Of a stretch of DNA of 64,000 bases, positions 14,680 through 27,056 are shown in pieces. The stretch comes from the human T2T-CHM13v2.0 reference genome, Homo sapiens. Location: the NCBI RefSeq assembly GCF_009914755.1, contig NC_060931.1, one strand, 5' to 3'. A program made the position numbers and the translations under genes. How positions within the stretch are numbered: position 1 is the stretch's first letter; each line of letters starts with the position of its first letter. Below the pieces are notes generated by a model. It ran no database searches, was not told the origin of the DNA, and saw only the letters and a program-made list of their open reading frames with translations.

Positions 14680-17600
14680 AAAGTGATGTCAGCAAGATAA
14701 TGGAAGGAAGCCCTGGACCCTTCTTTCCTCAACAGACACACCAATTCAACAGTGATACGTGGAACAATTCCCTTTATAAGAAATCCATAAACTTGTTGGG
14801 AGACTTCTGCATCTGGGCTAGCATGGAACCAGTTACCTTGAAGCTGGTAGGAATACTTCAGATACCCTCACATCTTACCGCTAGCATGATGCCATATAAT
14901 TAGAAGGAAACTCCTAGTTTCGCCCTATGAAGGAAAAGAAAAGTACTGCACCAAATATCCAATATCCTAATTATCCTGAGGGTTGCCTGAAAAAATGACT
15001 TCTACCTCACTTCTGTCAAATTGCTGACAAAACCTGAAGGTCACTGAGAAAAATAACTATGGCTTGAACTATCAAGCTAGCACATTCCATAGCCACACTT
15101 GAGGCTCAGCTCAAAGTAAGAAGGTGGGAATACCTCAGCTCCCAGCTTCTCCCTAGGGAGAGAAGGAAAGCCCATACACTCAATGTTCTGATTTTTCTGA
15201 AGACTACCTGAGGCACTGGTTTCTGTCTTTCCTGTCTCAGAGCACTGATATGACTTGCTATGCTTTAGTCACCTGGAGGCTACTGAGAGCAAAGATTTAC
15301 ATTTCAATAAGCAAGCTAGAACATGCCTTAGTCCCACTCTCTGGCTTAGTGAAAAGTAGGTGGGGAAAACAAAAACAAAAACAAAACAGATGCCAGCATC
15401 TTCCAACAGTGGGAAAGAAAGACTAAACCTACATGCAATGCTAAAATATTACTGTGTGTTGCCCCAGGTACCTGGCTTCTGGTAGGTTTCTCTCAGAGAG
15501 CTGAAGGGATCTGGCACAGTCTAGATGCCTGAGTACCACTTAGGAAAAAGATGGGTGTTTGAAAGTGCGTAAATTTTTGAGATGTCCCCAGAATCACTAC
15601 CTGGCCAGTTGGTGAGAGACTTCCTTTGTATGGGACCAGTTGCTGAAGACTAGAAGTGGCTGTTTTTATAATGCATAGATCCTAAACAAAAATTGTTAAG
15701 GAAAATTAAGAAACAGGAAAATATGTTCCAAATAAAGGAATAAGATACAACCTCAGTCCCAGAAATCAACTCTAATAAAATGAAGATATGAGAATTCAAA
15801 AAAACCATCATAAAATTGCTCAGTGAAGTCAGGAGAACAATGCAACATCAAAGAAATAATTGAAGCAATAAAATAATATCAATCATCTATAAAAATTACC
15901 AAACAGAAGTCATGGAACTCATGAAGACAATGACTAAAGAGAAGAATCTAATCATGTGGTTCAACTGGAGAATAGATTAAGAAGAAGAAAGAATCAGGAA
16001 ATTTAAAAAAAATAATAATTAAAGAATACCCAGAAAGAGAAATGAAAAGCAAAAAAGACAGTGAAAAAGAGTAAAGAAAGCTTAAAGAACTTATAGAAAA
16101 CCATGGGGAGGACCGTTATCTACATTGTGAGAGTTCGCAAAGGGAAAGAAAGAGAGAAATGAGAAAAAAGCTTATTTGAAGAAGCAATGACCAGAAATTC
16201 CTCAACTCTGAGGAAAGAAATAGACATTCAGATCCAGGAAGGCCAATGAATCTCAGAAAAGATTAACCAAAAGTAATATACCAAGATACATTATAATCAA
16301 AATGTCAAAAGTTAAAAGACAGAGACCTTTGAAAGCAGAAAGTGTAAAGCAACTTGTAATATATAAAGGTATTTCTGTGAGCCTATAACTTACCAGCAGA
16401 AACCTTGCACACTAGAAAGGAGTGTGATGATATAGTCAAAGTGTCAAAGGCACAAAAACTCTGTTAATAAAGAATAGTATACCTGGTAAGGTTGTTCTTC
16501 AGTAATAAAGGGGAGACAAAGACTTTCAGAGACAATACATGAAAAGTTCATCACCACTAGATATGCCTTAGGAAAAAAAATTGCTACAGGGAATTCTTTA
16601 AGTTGAAATAAAAGGATACTAAACAGCAATAAAAAGCATATAAAAGTATAGCAGTCAAAGGTAAAGGTAAATATATAGAAAATACAGAATATTTTAATAC
16701 TATAATGGTGGTGGGTAAATCGCTTTTAGTTATAGCATATAATCTAATATATAAAAGTATTAAAATAACTATAAAATACACTAATGAATACTTAATATGA
16801 AAAGATGTAAATTATGATATTAATAATATAAAATGGGGGGAGAAGTAAAATTGTGGAGGTTTTGTCTGTGACTGAAGTGAAGTTGTTATCAACAAAATAG
16901 GCTGTTATAACTTTAAGTTGTTTTATGTTAGCCCCATGGTGATCATAAAATAACACCTATATAATATACATGAAAGAAAAAAAAGAAAGCATATAAATCC
17001 AAAAAATTAATGAAACACAAGAAAGGCAGCAAAAGCAGGAAAGAAAGAGAAGAGAATTACCAGAAATATAGAAAATAATTAATAAAGTAAAAATAAATCC
17101 TTGACTATCAATAATTATTTTAAAAATAAATAGATCAAACTCTCCAATCAAAGCAACTGGAGTAGCTGAATTAATTAGAAAAAAGACAATAGCTAAGTTT
17201 ATGATATATAAGAGACTCACTTTAGTTTTAAATACTCACATAGGCTGAAAATGAAGGATGAAAAAAGATATACCACGCAAATGGTAAATAAAAGATACTG
17301 GGAGTATTTATGATATCAGGCTAAATATGTAAAAATTCTAATAAGAGACAAAATAATATATAATAATAAAAAGGTCAATTTAACAAGAACGTATGGCAAT
17401 TATAAACATATATGCATCTAACATCACAGCAAACAAGTATATGTAGCAAACATTGGCAGAACTTATGGGAGAAATAGTAATACAATAATTGTAGCAGACT
17501 TTAATATTCCACTTTCAGTAATGAATAAGACATCCAGAAGTAAAATCAATAAGCAACAGATGTGAATAACACTATAGACCAAAAAGACCTAGCAGACATA

Positions 17601-17900
17601 TACAGAGCACTTCACTCAGCAGAAGCAAAACACACATTCTTCTCAAGCACAACTAGGATAGATTGCATGTTGGGTTACAAAGCAAGTATAAAATTTAAGA
17701 AGACTGAAGTTACGCCACCTATCTTTTCTGACCACAATGGAAAAAACCAAGAAATAAACAACAGAAGCAAAATGGGAAATTTCACAAATATGTGGAAATT
17801 AAACAACAGAATCTTGAACAGCCAGTAATCAAAGAAAAAATAAAAATTGAAATTGAAAAATGTACTGAGATAAATAAGGCAAAAACATCATACAAAAGCT
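14680..17900 (+). mobile_element. L1M-type LINE-1, 5' portion (5'UTR, decayed ORF1, ORF2 endonuclease), 3'-truncated
   Basis: 5'UTR start GATGTCAGCAAGATAATGG; ORF1-like A-rich region ~15700-16620. ORF 17562-17828 (NNTIDQKDLADIYR...IFSDHNG...NMWKLNN) is the L1 ORF2 endonuclease C-terminus. Confidence 0.88.
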
Positions 17901-17910
17901 TTTTCTTTTT

Positions 17911-18208
17911 CTTATGGTTTTTTTGTAAAATTAAAACCATGGCTGAATTACAAGTGAGACTGAAAAGTTGATTATTAAGGATAATATATGTTTTGTTTTT
18001 ACTGTGTCTCTTCTTCAAAGACAAATACAATATTCTTCCTGTGACAGGCAACTTTGGCTCAGAGTCACAACCAGTGTTGTGGAAGAATATTGTATTTGTC
18101 TTTGAAGAAAAGACACAGTAAAAACAAAACACATATTACCCTTAATAATCAACTTTTCAGTCTCACTTGTAATTCAGCCATGGTTTTAACTTTACAAAAA
18201 ACCATAAG
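17911..18208. repeat. Long inverted repeat: arms 17911-18039 and 18081-18208, 41-nt spacer
   Basis: Manual reverse-complement alignment gives 4 substitutions and one 1-nt indel over ~128 bp. Confidence 0.97.
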
Positions 18209-18699
18209 GCTAGGTCAGAGTGAAGAAAAGGAAAAGCTTATGAGTAGCCTGCTGATTAACCGAGAACAATTCTCCATCTGCCTGTTTCTTGAAGAAACGT
18301 GATGGCATGCTGCTCTGGCACACATCATAACTATTCTTAGTGTCAAGATTTATTCAATAATCATCTAGACAGTATCGATAGCATTGCTATGATGACATGC
18401 TCAAGTAAACTCTCAAAAATAATAATTAATGGAAATGATTGTAGTAATGGGATTTTGCAATGGACAGGGAAGGAACAAATATGATTTAATAAATTGAATC
18501 TATTAACATCTTGTAACAAGAATGTGTTAACTGTTTACTTGTTATTAATGTATTGAGTAAACAGGATAGTTCCTAAAATATTTCTAGGCCCTACTTTGAC
18601 TTTCTCCTTTAAGGTACTACCTTTAATAGAGAAAAAAAGATATTCATCTATAGAGCCAGAAGAAGGTGTAATACCTTTATTTTAATAAAGTGTAACTTG

Positions 18700-19100
18700 G
18701 TAGTATAGATAAGCATATATTAACAAAGTAAAACATTAAAAACTAAATTGAATTTTATCAAAATACGTTTAGTTTAATTTACATATTTAAATGTATAATT
18801 TCACCTAACAAAATACAGAATAATACATATGTTATTTTTTATGTAAAATTATAAAATAAGTATATGTTAAATAGACATCAATAATTAACATACCCATATA
18901 ATCTTTAAATATGAATGTACGTTTACTTATATATAAATATATGTAATTCTACAATATCATAATGTTAAATATTAGTTATATAAAAGTATATCAAAATGCA
19001 TTTTGTAATACATGATTTAATATAACATATATAATTAATATGCATTTTATTATGAACATAGACATATTTATTTTGACAGATACGTTTTCATATTTTTTAG
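18700..19100. repeat. AT-rich low-complexity tract
   Basis: Strongly A/T-dominated with many TA runs. Confidence 0.6.
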
Positions 19101-19689
19101 TAACGATTGGAATTAGATTAATCAAAGAATGTTTAAATGGTTGCCATTAAGCTTGCTGAGACAGCCTCTTTGCTCTCTCTTTGGCCCAAGGGCCATATAC
19201 TTCCATTCACGTGGTCTTCAAGTGAGCATTGGATATTTACACTTATATTTACTGGGTAAAGTGATCATGGAAAAACACTTTTTAGTGCTTTATATGAATA
19301 AGCTAAGTTTGTATTTAAATGAATAACGGATTTCGCTAATTTTTTTTATGGCAGGTTTGTCCAGTAAACCACTGTCTTCATTGAATATGCTGTATGATAT
19401 TTTGTGGCATTAAATAACTTTTTTCCATCTCCAAACATTTTACCTCAGAAGATTACTTTTACTGTCTCTGGTTGCAAAAACAATTTGGTTCATATGTTAC
19501 TATATCAGTCCTTGACATCTTAGCTTCATGCCATTCTTAAATTTAGTCAACAGGTAATTGATATTTTTTACCCAATAATTGATAAAAAATGTATTTTAGG
19601 AGGAGTACAGGTATATAGACCCTTTAAATTGGCAATCTAAATAATTCAGAAAAAGTAATGGCATTTTGAGTGATTATGATGCGTCAAAT

Positions 19690-19890
19690 CTCATACTGAG
19701 TTCTCCAGGTAACATTTGCAAATTCTTACAACGACGCCTCTGGTTAATATTATTAGAATCCTCTTTCGTAAATGATAAAACTAAGGCACAGGAAGGTAAA
19801 GTGCTTGGCCTGAGATAAAATATTTAGATGGTGGCAGAGTAAGGATTCAACTATTAGCAACTGGGTTCCAAAGTTGGTATTTTAATTTTA
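19690..19890 (-). mobile_element. MIR
   Basis: GATAAAACTAAGGCACAGGAAGGTAAAGTGCTTGGCC...GGTGGCAGAGTAAGGATTCAA is the MIR core in antisense. Confidence 0.75.
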
Positions 19891-20189
19891 TGCTATGTTG
19901 ACATGACCATCAATAATATTCCTAATTACAGTATTACTTATAGCACATGTTTACCCTCTTTTTTGAAATCAAATTATGAGAAACTTATTAGATCATGTGC
20001 TGAAATGTAGAAAAGAATCTACATTGTCACATCTGCCTCTTAGACAGTTGTTTACATAAGACATAAACTGGAAATATGCTCTCTAATAACTTTTGGAAAA
20101 AGTAGACATGGATAAATAAATAAGTCAATGAATCCAAAGCATGGAGACTCAATGCATGACTTTGAAATCAGATTACTTGGTTTGGTTTA

Positions 20190-20700
20190 GAAGTTAATCT
20201 GGCATGTCTTATTCTTCCAGGACTTATGAAGGCTTCTTTTCCTCTGTTCCTATTCTTAAATCATGCTTTCATAGTCTCGGCTACAAATAGTCACTGACAT
20301 TAATATCTATCATTTAAATCTGTAATTTCCTCCATTTTTTAAAACCAGGATAGCTATCCATTGCTAGTTTTCAAGCAGCTTGTCTGCTCTCTATAATTTT
20401 TTAAACATCATGAAGAACAGTTCAATAATTTTAACTTAGGCTTTCTCAGTAGTCTGGGAAATAACTCATTCTGGCCAGGAGACAAATTCATTTAGAGCAG
20501 TTACCTGGTTTCATACTATCTCCTCATTTATATCCGGCTTCAATTCCCTCTTTCAATAGCTAGGTCTGAATTTCATCCTGGTGCTCATTCCTTTTGACAG
20601 AAAAGATGGAGGCAAAATAGTTGAGTAATTCTACTTTCCATTATCTGCTAACGTGACAACATGAGGGCTGAACAGCAGACCTGATCTTTCCATTATCTTC
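20190..20700 (-). mobile_element. L3/CR1 LINE fragment
   Basis: CTGGGAAATAACTCATTCTGGCCAGGAGACAAATTCATTT and its flanks resemble antisense CR1/L3 ORF2. Confidence 0.5.
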
Positions 20701-20759
20701 CTTTATTTTGTTTCTGTGTTACAAATATCAATTCTTTTAGTTTTTTATAATGTCAGTAT

Positions 20760-21005
20760 TTCATTTAATACAGTTTAATAAGTGCTAGGCACCTAATGTT
20801 ATATGACAGAAAGTCTTCATACCTGATTGAATACATCAGGTATATACATCAGAGAGCATATCTTGAGTAAACATTCTTCAAGTTGAAAAGTTCAATTAAA
20901 AGGAAATGCATATTTGAGGACATGTACAGGAGGAAGTGACTGAGTTTACTAGGGAAATCGGGAAGGCTTCAAAGAGGAAGTGACTTTTGAATTGGGACTG
21001 GAAAA
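20760..21005 (-). mobile_element. L2 3' fragment
   Basis: GGGAAATCGGGAAGGCTTCAAAGAGGAAGTGACTTTTGAATTGGG is typical antisense L2. Confidence 0.55.
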
Positions 21006-21405
21006 TAGTTTTTCCATGCTTTCCCTATTTTATGTATATTTTGACTTTTTAGAGTCAAAACATATATATATATACACACATTTTTTTGCCTAATTGTTTC
21101 CACCTTGGCTATAACTTGTAATAATAATCCCTGTTTATATAATTCTTTTTACCTTATTAGAATCCTTGCTGTCTTCATATGTTTCAGGGCTTCTTGACTT
21201 TTTCTCCGTTTCTGTTTAGATCCATGGTTCCTAAGATTAAGGATTCATTCTTAACAACATCCTCAGTGCTCTTGTTCTTTTTTCCATTTGTTAAAGCTAT
21301 GAACAAAACCTACACCGGAGGAGTGCAAAATGCATACCTCTTATTATGCTGTGAAGAAAATCTCCCTGTTGGGTAGATTGGTGACAATAAATTTATGCAC
21401 ACCAC

Positions 21406-21828
21406 TGTTTCAGTTTGTTAGGGGTGCCTTAACAAAGCACTACAAACTGAGTGGCTTAAACAACAGAAATTCCTCGACTTAAGTTTTATAGCACAGAACT
21501 ACGAAATTAAGATGTCAACAGGGTTGGTTCCTTCTGCGGACTGTGAGGGAAAAATCTCCAGACCTCTCTCCTTGGCTTTGGCTTGAAGAGGCCTGTCTTC
21601 TCCCATTGTGTCTTCATGTCATCTTCCTTTCATGCATATATTTCTCTTTGTCAAAATTTATCTCTTTATGAGAACACCAAGTATATTAGATTAGGGCCCA
21701 CACTAATGACATTATTTTAACTTGAATATCTGTATAAAGACCCTGTCTCCAACTAAAGTCACATTCTGAGGTACTGGTGGTAAGAGCTACAACATCTTTT
21801 GTGGGGGAACATAATTCAACCCATATCA
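21406..21828 (-). mobile_element. MLT1B/C MaLR solo LTR
   Basis: The minus strand begins TGATATGGGTTGAATTATGTTCCCC...AGTACCTCAGAATGTGAC. The other end contains GGCTTAAACAACAGAAATT. Confidence 0.85.
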
Positions 21829-22229
21829 GCAACCTGAATAATTTGCCTGGTAACTGTGTTTATCTGTATTCCAATAATTTCCCACTGCATCAAAAATATT
21901 TCAAATATTTCTACTCATTTCAAAATGTAGGGCCCAGCTTCAGAGTCACTATGTCATTTTAGCAGATTCTCTGTATTCATGCCTCAAAGAAAACAGTATT
22001 TAAAAACAGTGCTAATCAGGAGGAAAGATCAAATAGACATACATATATGTATCTATCATTAGTCTCTTTCTCCTATAATTTTTATATTAACAATAAAGGA
22101 TGTGTTTCTTCTGCTACCTAAGAATAACCTATCTAGCTGGGCTCTAAATATAGATTTTTTCACATTTCACAGATTCTGTGTTCTTGATTATAAATCTTTA
22201 TTTTCAATTTTCATTTTCTACTGCCTTTT

Positions 22230-23830
22230 CCCCAATAGCAGGTAGACATGCTCTAGTCTCTTTCTTGTTAAAACAAATACTCAACTAGATGTCTTTGGTT
22301 GCTTTTATTATTTCACTATCTCTCAGTTGTTACCCAGACAATTTCAACCTGAATTCCATATACATGACTGTCATAACTCCCTAAAATTTTCAGTGACCAC
22401 TGTGTTTCAGAATCCTGTTCTCAATCTTTCAACAGTGTTCAGTGTATCTTATCACTGCATCATTATTATACTTTTACCTTTTGTCTCTGATCAGACATAG
22501 CTGTGGCTTTATTCAAACTTTCTGTTCACTTTATTCTTTAAATTCTTATTTTCTAACTAACCATAAATATTGAAACATTTTTCAGTATTTTTCCTTTGGT
22601 CTTTTTTGGCTTATTTAAACTCTCCTACTGATAGTGGTGGTGGGTGATGCATCCTGCACACTCCATGGCTTCAATTGCCTTCAATATGTCAACTGTACTC
22701 TGGGCTTTGAACCTTATTAATCCCTCTTCTTGGATATACATTGGAGTATTATCCATGTATTTCATGAGTATCTGAAATTTCACGTGTGCAGAATATTACT
22801 TAGCTAATCTGCAAAGCATAAACTTCTTCCCCTATTTCTCATCATGGTAAATGACACCACCATTTACCCCATTGCTCAAGTAGAATTTATTTAAGACTGT
22901 ATTGGACATAAAATTAGTTGCCTGTCCTTATATCCCTTTAGCATTGCAGGGGAATACACTCCATATGGAGAGGATTTTGACCATTGTGAAACAAGAATGG
23001 GGGAAAATTAGGCAAATTCCCTTTCCCCTCACTCTTGTGAAAAAAGTCTTAAGCAGTTTCTTTTTGGAACCCCTTTGGAGAAGTTTTATTAGATCAGTGA
23101 ATATATCTACAGGGCAAATTCCTGTGTCTCTTGAGAGATCATCTTGAAAGGTAATTAATAGTGTGGCCACTGCAAAGTGGGTATTTCCTAACCTCATTCC
23201 CTTTTTTATTGTCCTGCAAATGTACTTCTGAAATAAAGCATCAACAATTTAGTCCTCCTCAGACTGTTTTCAGAAGAACCTGGGATAAGGTATCTTCCTA
23301 TGCCTTCCTATCAAATTTTGTTCTTTGGCCTCTAAGTAACTGAATCCATCTGCTTCTCTCTTTTTCTACCGATATTACTCTAGTTGAAAACATCACCTTT
23401 GCTTGTGAAGGATATTACAATGGATTTCTCACATCTTTCCATGCTTTTAACATTCTCTCTGCAACTATTTCCCAGAATCCAATTAGAATGACCTTAGTAA
23501 ACTTGAAATTTGATATTGCCACTCCCATCCTAAAACTTGTCAAAGGCTTCCCATTGCAATTAAAATAAAGGGTAAACATCTTTAGAACTGCCTACATCAA
23601 GGCTTGCAAAATCTTGTCTCTGCCGTCCTTGCTTTTCTCTTTTTGTACCATTCGATTTTTTCTTACAACTACATTCCATCCATATTGGTCTCTCATAGCT
23701 TCCTCCAAGATGGCATATTCTTTTTCTCTTTTTTCTTTCTGGAACACCTCTCTCCCCTTCTCTCCCTCATCATATCACTTCTAACTCTTCCTCTATTGTT
23801 TAGATATAACTTTCACAGGGTTACCTTCAA
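22230..23830 (+). mobile_element. L2 fragments, interrupted at ~22930-23290 by a possible LTR16-like ERVL LTR
   Basis: L2 motifs: GTAAATGACACCACCATTTACCCCATTGCTCAAG and AAAGGCTTCCCATTGCAATTAAAATAAA. The insert ends AATAAA...CAGACTGTTTTCAGAAGAACCTGGGATAAG. Confidence 0.6.
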
Positions 23831-25476
23831 TAATATTCCTGTTAAAATTTTCAGTGATGGAAAAAAAAAAGAATTTCCAGTGATAAAGGATTGTTGAATC
23901 TCAAGATTTCTTAAGCTCACAGAAGAGTTCTCTTAGTATCTATATCAACCTCTCCTTATTGGCCTTTATAAGTTTGAGTTTAATACTCTCTTGACTATCT
24001 ATATAGCATTAGAAAAGTATCTTATTGCAGCAATGTCCCAAATTCCTTTCTCTGATTTTCACAAGCTCTAAAATGGCATAGTCACATTCTCAATTGTTCT
24101 CACTTCAACCTAATCAAGAGATTTTCTCTTGCTATTAATAGTCAACAGAAGTATTTTGGTTTAGTGCTCTTTCTGCCTTCTGAGAAATTAAATGACTTCT
24201 TGCTGAATATTTTAGAATCAGAAAAAAGGTTCATAATCTTCTTTCATCAATTAGAATATTGCATCTATAAAATCAATTTTATGGTGATTTTAAAAACACC
24301 TTTACATGTCAATGTGATGGCATCAAGAGACACTGAAACATTTATTAGGATGCCATAAACTTTATAGTTCTTAAAAAGTCAGATAAAGAAAGTGCATATA
24401 AAAAAGTTAATATGTTATGAAGCTGACGAAGGAGTACAGCAGCAAGCGAGTGAAAGATTTAAAACAGCTTTGGTTTGGAACTGAAATCCCTAGGTGGCCT
24501 AATTCGAGCAGAACATTGCCACAAGGCACAGGACCCCGGCATTGTCAGAACCTACTCAAGTCATCTGCCATTTTGTCAGATGGAGGAGCTTCCCCACCTC
24601 GTAGATGAAGCTCATCACAGCCTTGACAACACTGGGTTCCACATCATTAGTTTCCATTTGATTCTATAGCAACAAAATAAGAGAAAATTAATTATAGTAG
24701 ATGCTGGAAACCAAATAGTGGAATTAAAATCCCAGCATTCTCATTTAATGGCCAGGAAACAAATTACACTATTACAGCAGAACAGCTTTTTTCACCTCCT
24801 GTGCTGGTTTCTGTATTTGGTACAAATGTGAAGCTTATACTCTGAAATAAACAACTTTATTAAAAATGAATCGTGGAACATTACTGTGGAGAACTCAGTC
24901 AGTGATTCTCTCCAGTATGTGAAGGAAGAAACCACTTATACATTTGTGGGAAAATACTACTTACCTCCCTCTGTTTGCTTAGTAAATGGAGGAACCTTTT
25001 TACTTCAAAATCATCTCTTCCATGGACTCAAGCTGGTGAGACAGACTGGCAAACATTGGCATCATCAAATGATTATGCCTTCCATTCCAATTTCACTCTA
25101 AGGCTGATTAAAACAGGGAAGTATAAACAGATCCCATTTTAAGTGGAGCTGATCCAAATTGCTGGCTCAGACTAAGGTCAAAATCAGAAATGGCTTGAAA
25201 GGGAAAGGCTGTAGGTAAATAACATGACTAAAGAATCTCTTTCAGCACAGACAAATCCTGATTCTTCCAACATAACAATGAAGCTGCAAAAGAATAACTC
25301 TTTCAAGAAAGAACTTTATATGAATGCCTGGTTTCATTTCCTACCCATCATTATCTAATAGCATTCTACGTTAAGAAACTGCATTATAAACTTTCTTATC
25401 AATTTGAAAACCGGGTGCGCTAAATGGTAAATAATATGCTCCAAATACTTTCAAGCTTGCCATATTTTTGTTCTAG

Positions 25477-25782
<306 letters not shown>

Positions 25783-25811
25783 TGTTCTAGTTTTATCTTC
25801 AGTAGAAAGTA

Positions 25812-27056
25812 TATCGTTTTCCAAATGCTTAGTCTTGAGTTCTCTCTCTGGAGAGTGGCTATATATTCCAGCTCTGCCCTGCCAGGGCTCCAGGAGAGAT
25901 GTTCATGGATGTTTACAGTGTGCCTCTCACAGGATACTTCCTTATCCAGGTTGATGTTCTAGTGCCTGCGTGTCTGACCTGTAATCAGGTGTCCCTCTCA
26001 CAGAAACTTATTTATACTGGCAGATACCCTTGTGGCTCTCGTCTGACCCGTGTCTAGTTTATTCTACTCAGATAACTACTCTCTGGGAGAGCCCTGATTG
26101 GGAAGACAGTTAGATTTAAGCATGTCAATCAAATAAGACACAGAGGAAGAAGCACACCGAAACACATGAAATTAGAGAAGCATCTTTTCTATAATACTTG
26201 CTTTTTAAAAATTGTATTGTTAATTGACAATTTATAATTGTGTATGTTTATGGGGTACAAAATGATATGATATCTGAGAACAGTGTGAAATAATTCAATC
26301 AACCTCAAATATTTGTCATTTTTATGACCTCAAATATTTATTTTTTGTTTTGAGAACATTTGAAATTTACTTTCTTAGTAATATCGAAATGTACAATACA
26401 CTATTATTAACTGTATTTACCCCCTGTGCAATAGATCTCAATGAAAACTAACTTATTCCTCCTGTTTAACTGAGATTTTTGTACCCTTTGTCTATCATCT
26501 CCACATTCCTCCCAAATACCCTGCCTCTGTATCCATCATTTTACTCTCTGAAGAAGTATTTTTTATTACAGTTCCCAGAAGGAGGGCCATGGGGAAGGGG
26601 GCAGCCATTCAGAACATGCATGCTCAACCAGAAGGTGAGGAGCAAGAATGGGGAGAAGGAAGGAGGGACCTGAGGCCCAGTGTCTTTGATGGGGTCCTGC
26701 GTGTTAACCAAGCAGGTTTCCCTGCATGGAGTTCTATTTGATAAGTTAATAGCAAGCAGGTACAAGTTCCATAGAATCATGATGTCACCAAGAAATGGTC
26801 ACTATAGCATATTTGTGAGGATGTGGGGCTCGGTGGGGGACTCAAGTAGCTTGTACCAAGCTTCCTGTAGGGAAATGGTCACCAGGAGGTGGTTGTATAA
26901 GGCAGACATCTGGATCTACCATCTTGAGGAACTGAGAGGAGATGGAGAGCCAAAAACTGTGTCAAGGATGACTAAGCCCTATTTCCTGCATAAGAAAGTT
27001 CAACTTACATTCAAAATGAATGCTGAGGCAAAATAAAATTATAAGACTTCACTACA
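25812..27056 (-). mobile_element. MER54 (ERVL) LTR, split by an L1 insertion
   Basis: The minus strand starts TGTAGTGAAGTCTTATAATTTTAT...GGGCTTAGTCATCCTTGACACAG...CTGCCTTATACAACCACCTCCTGGTGACC. It resumes left of 26195. Confidence 0.75.
26196..26550 (-). mobile_element. L1MA 3' UTR fragment nested in MER54
   Basis: TAATTGTGTATGTTTATGGGGTACAA...GTACAATACACTATTATTAACT...TGTGCAATAGATCTC...CTTATTCCTCCTG. Confidence 0.85.

Noticed and set aside
17911-18208. MITE (e.g. MADE1/miR-548 type) or named miRNA explanation for the hairpin
   Set aside because: It has no mariner or hAT-like termini, no TA or 8-bp TSD, and I do not recognise a known miRNA. A database search is still needed.
17782-18302. Two opposite-strand ORFs sharing the peptide GRILYLSLKKRHSKNKT
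   Set aside because: This follows trivially from the inverted repeat; there is no coding evidence.
20819-20843. 9-bp inverted repeat ATACCTGAT/ATCAGGTAT
   Set aside because: Short enough to occur by chance in 64 kb.
26680-27036. 118-aa ORF, the longest in the window
   Set aside because: It lies antisense within the MER54 LTR and has no recognisable domain.
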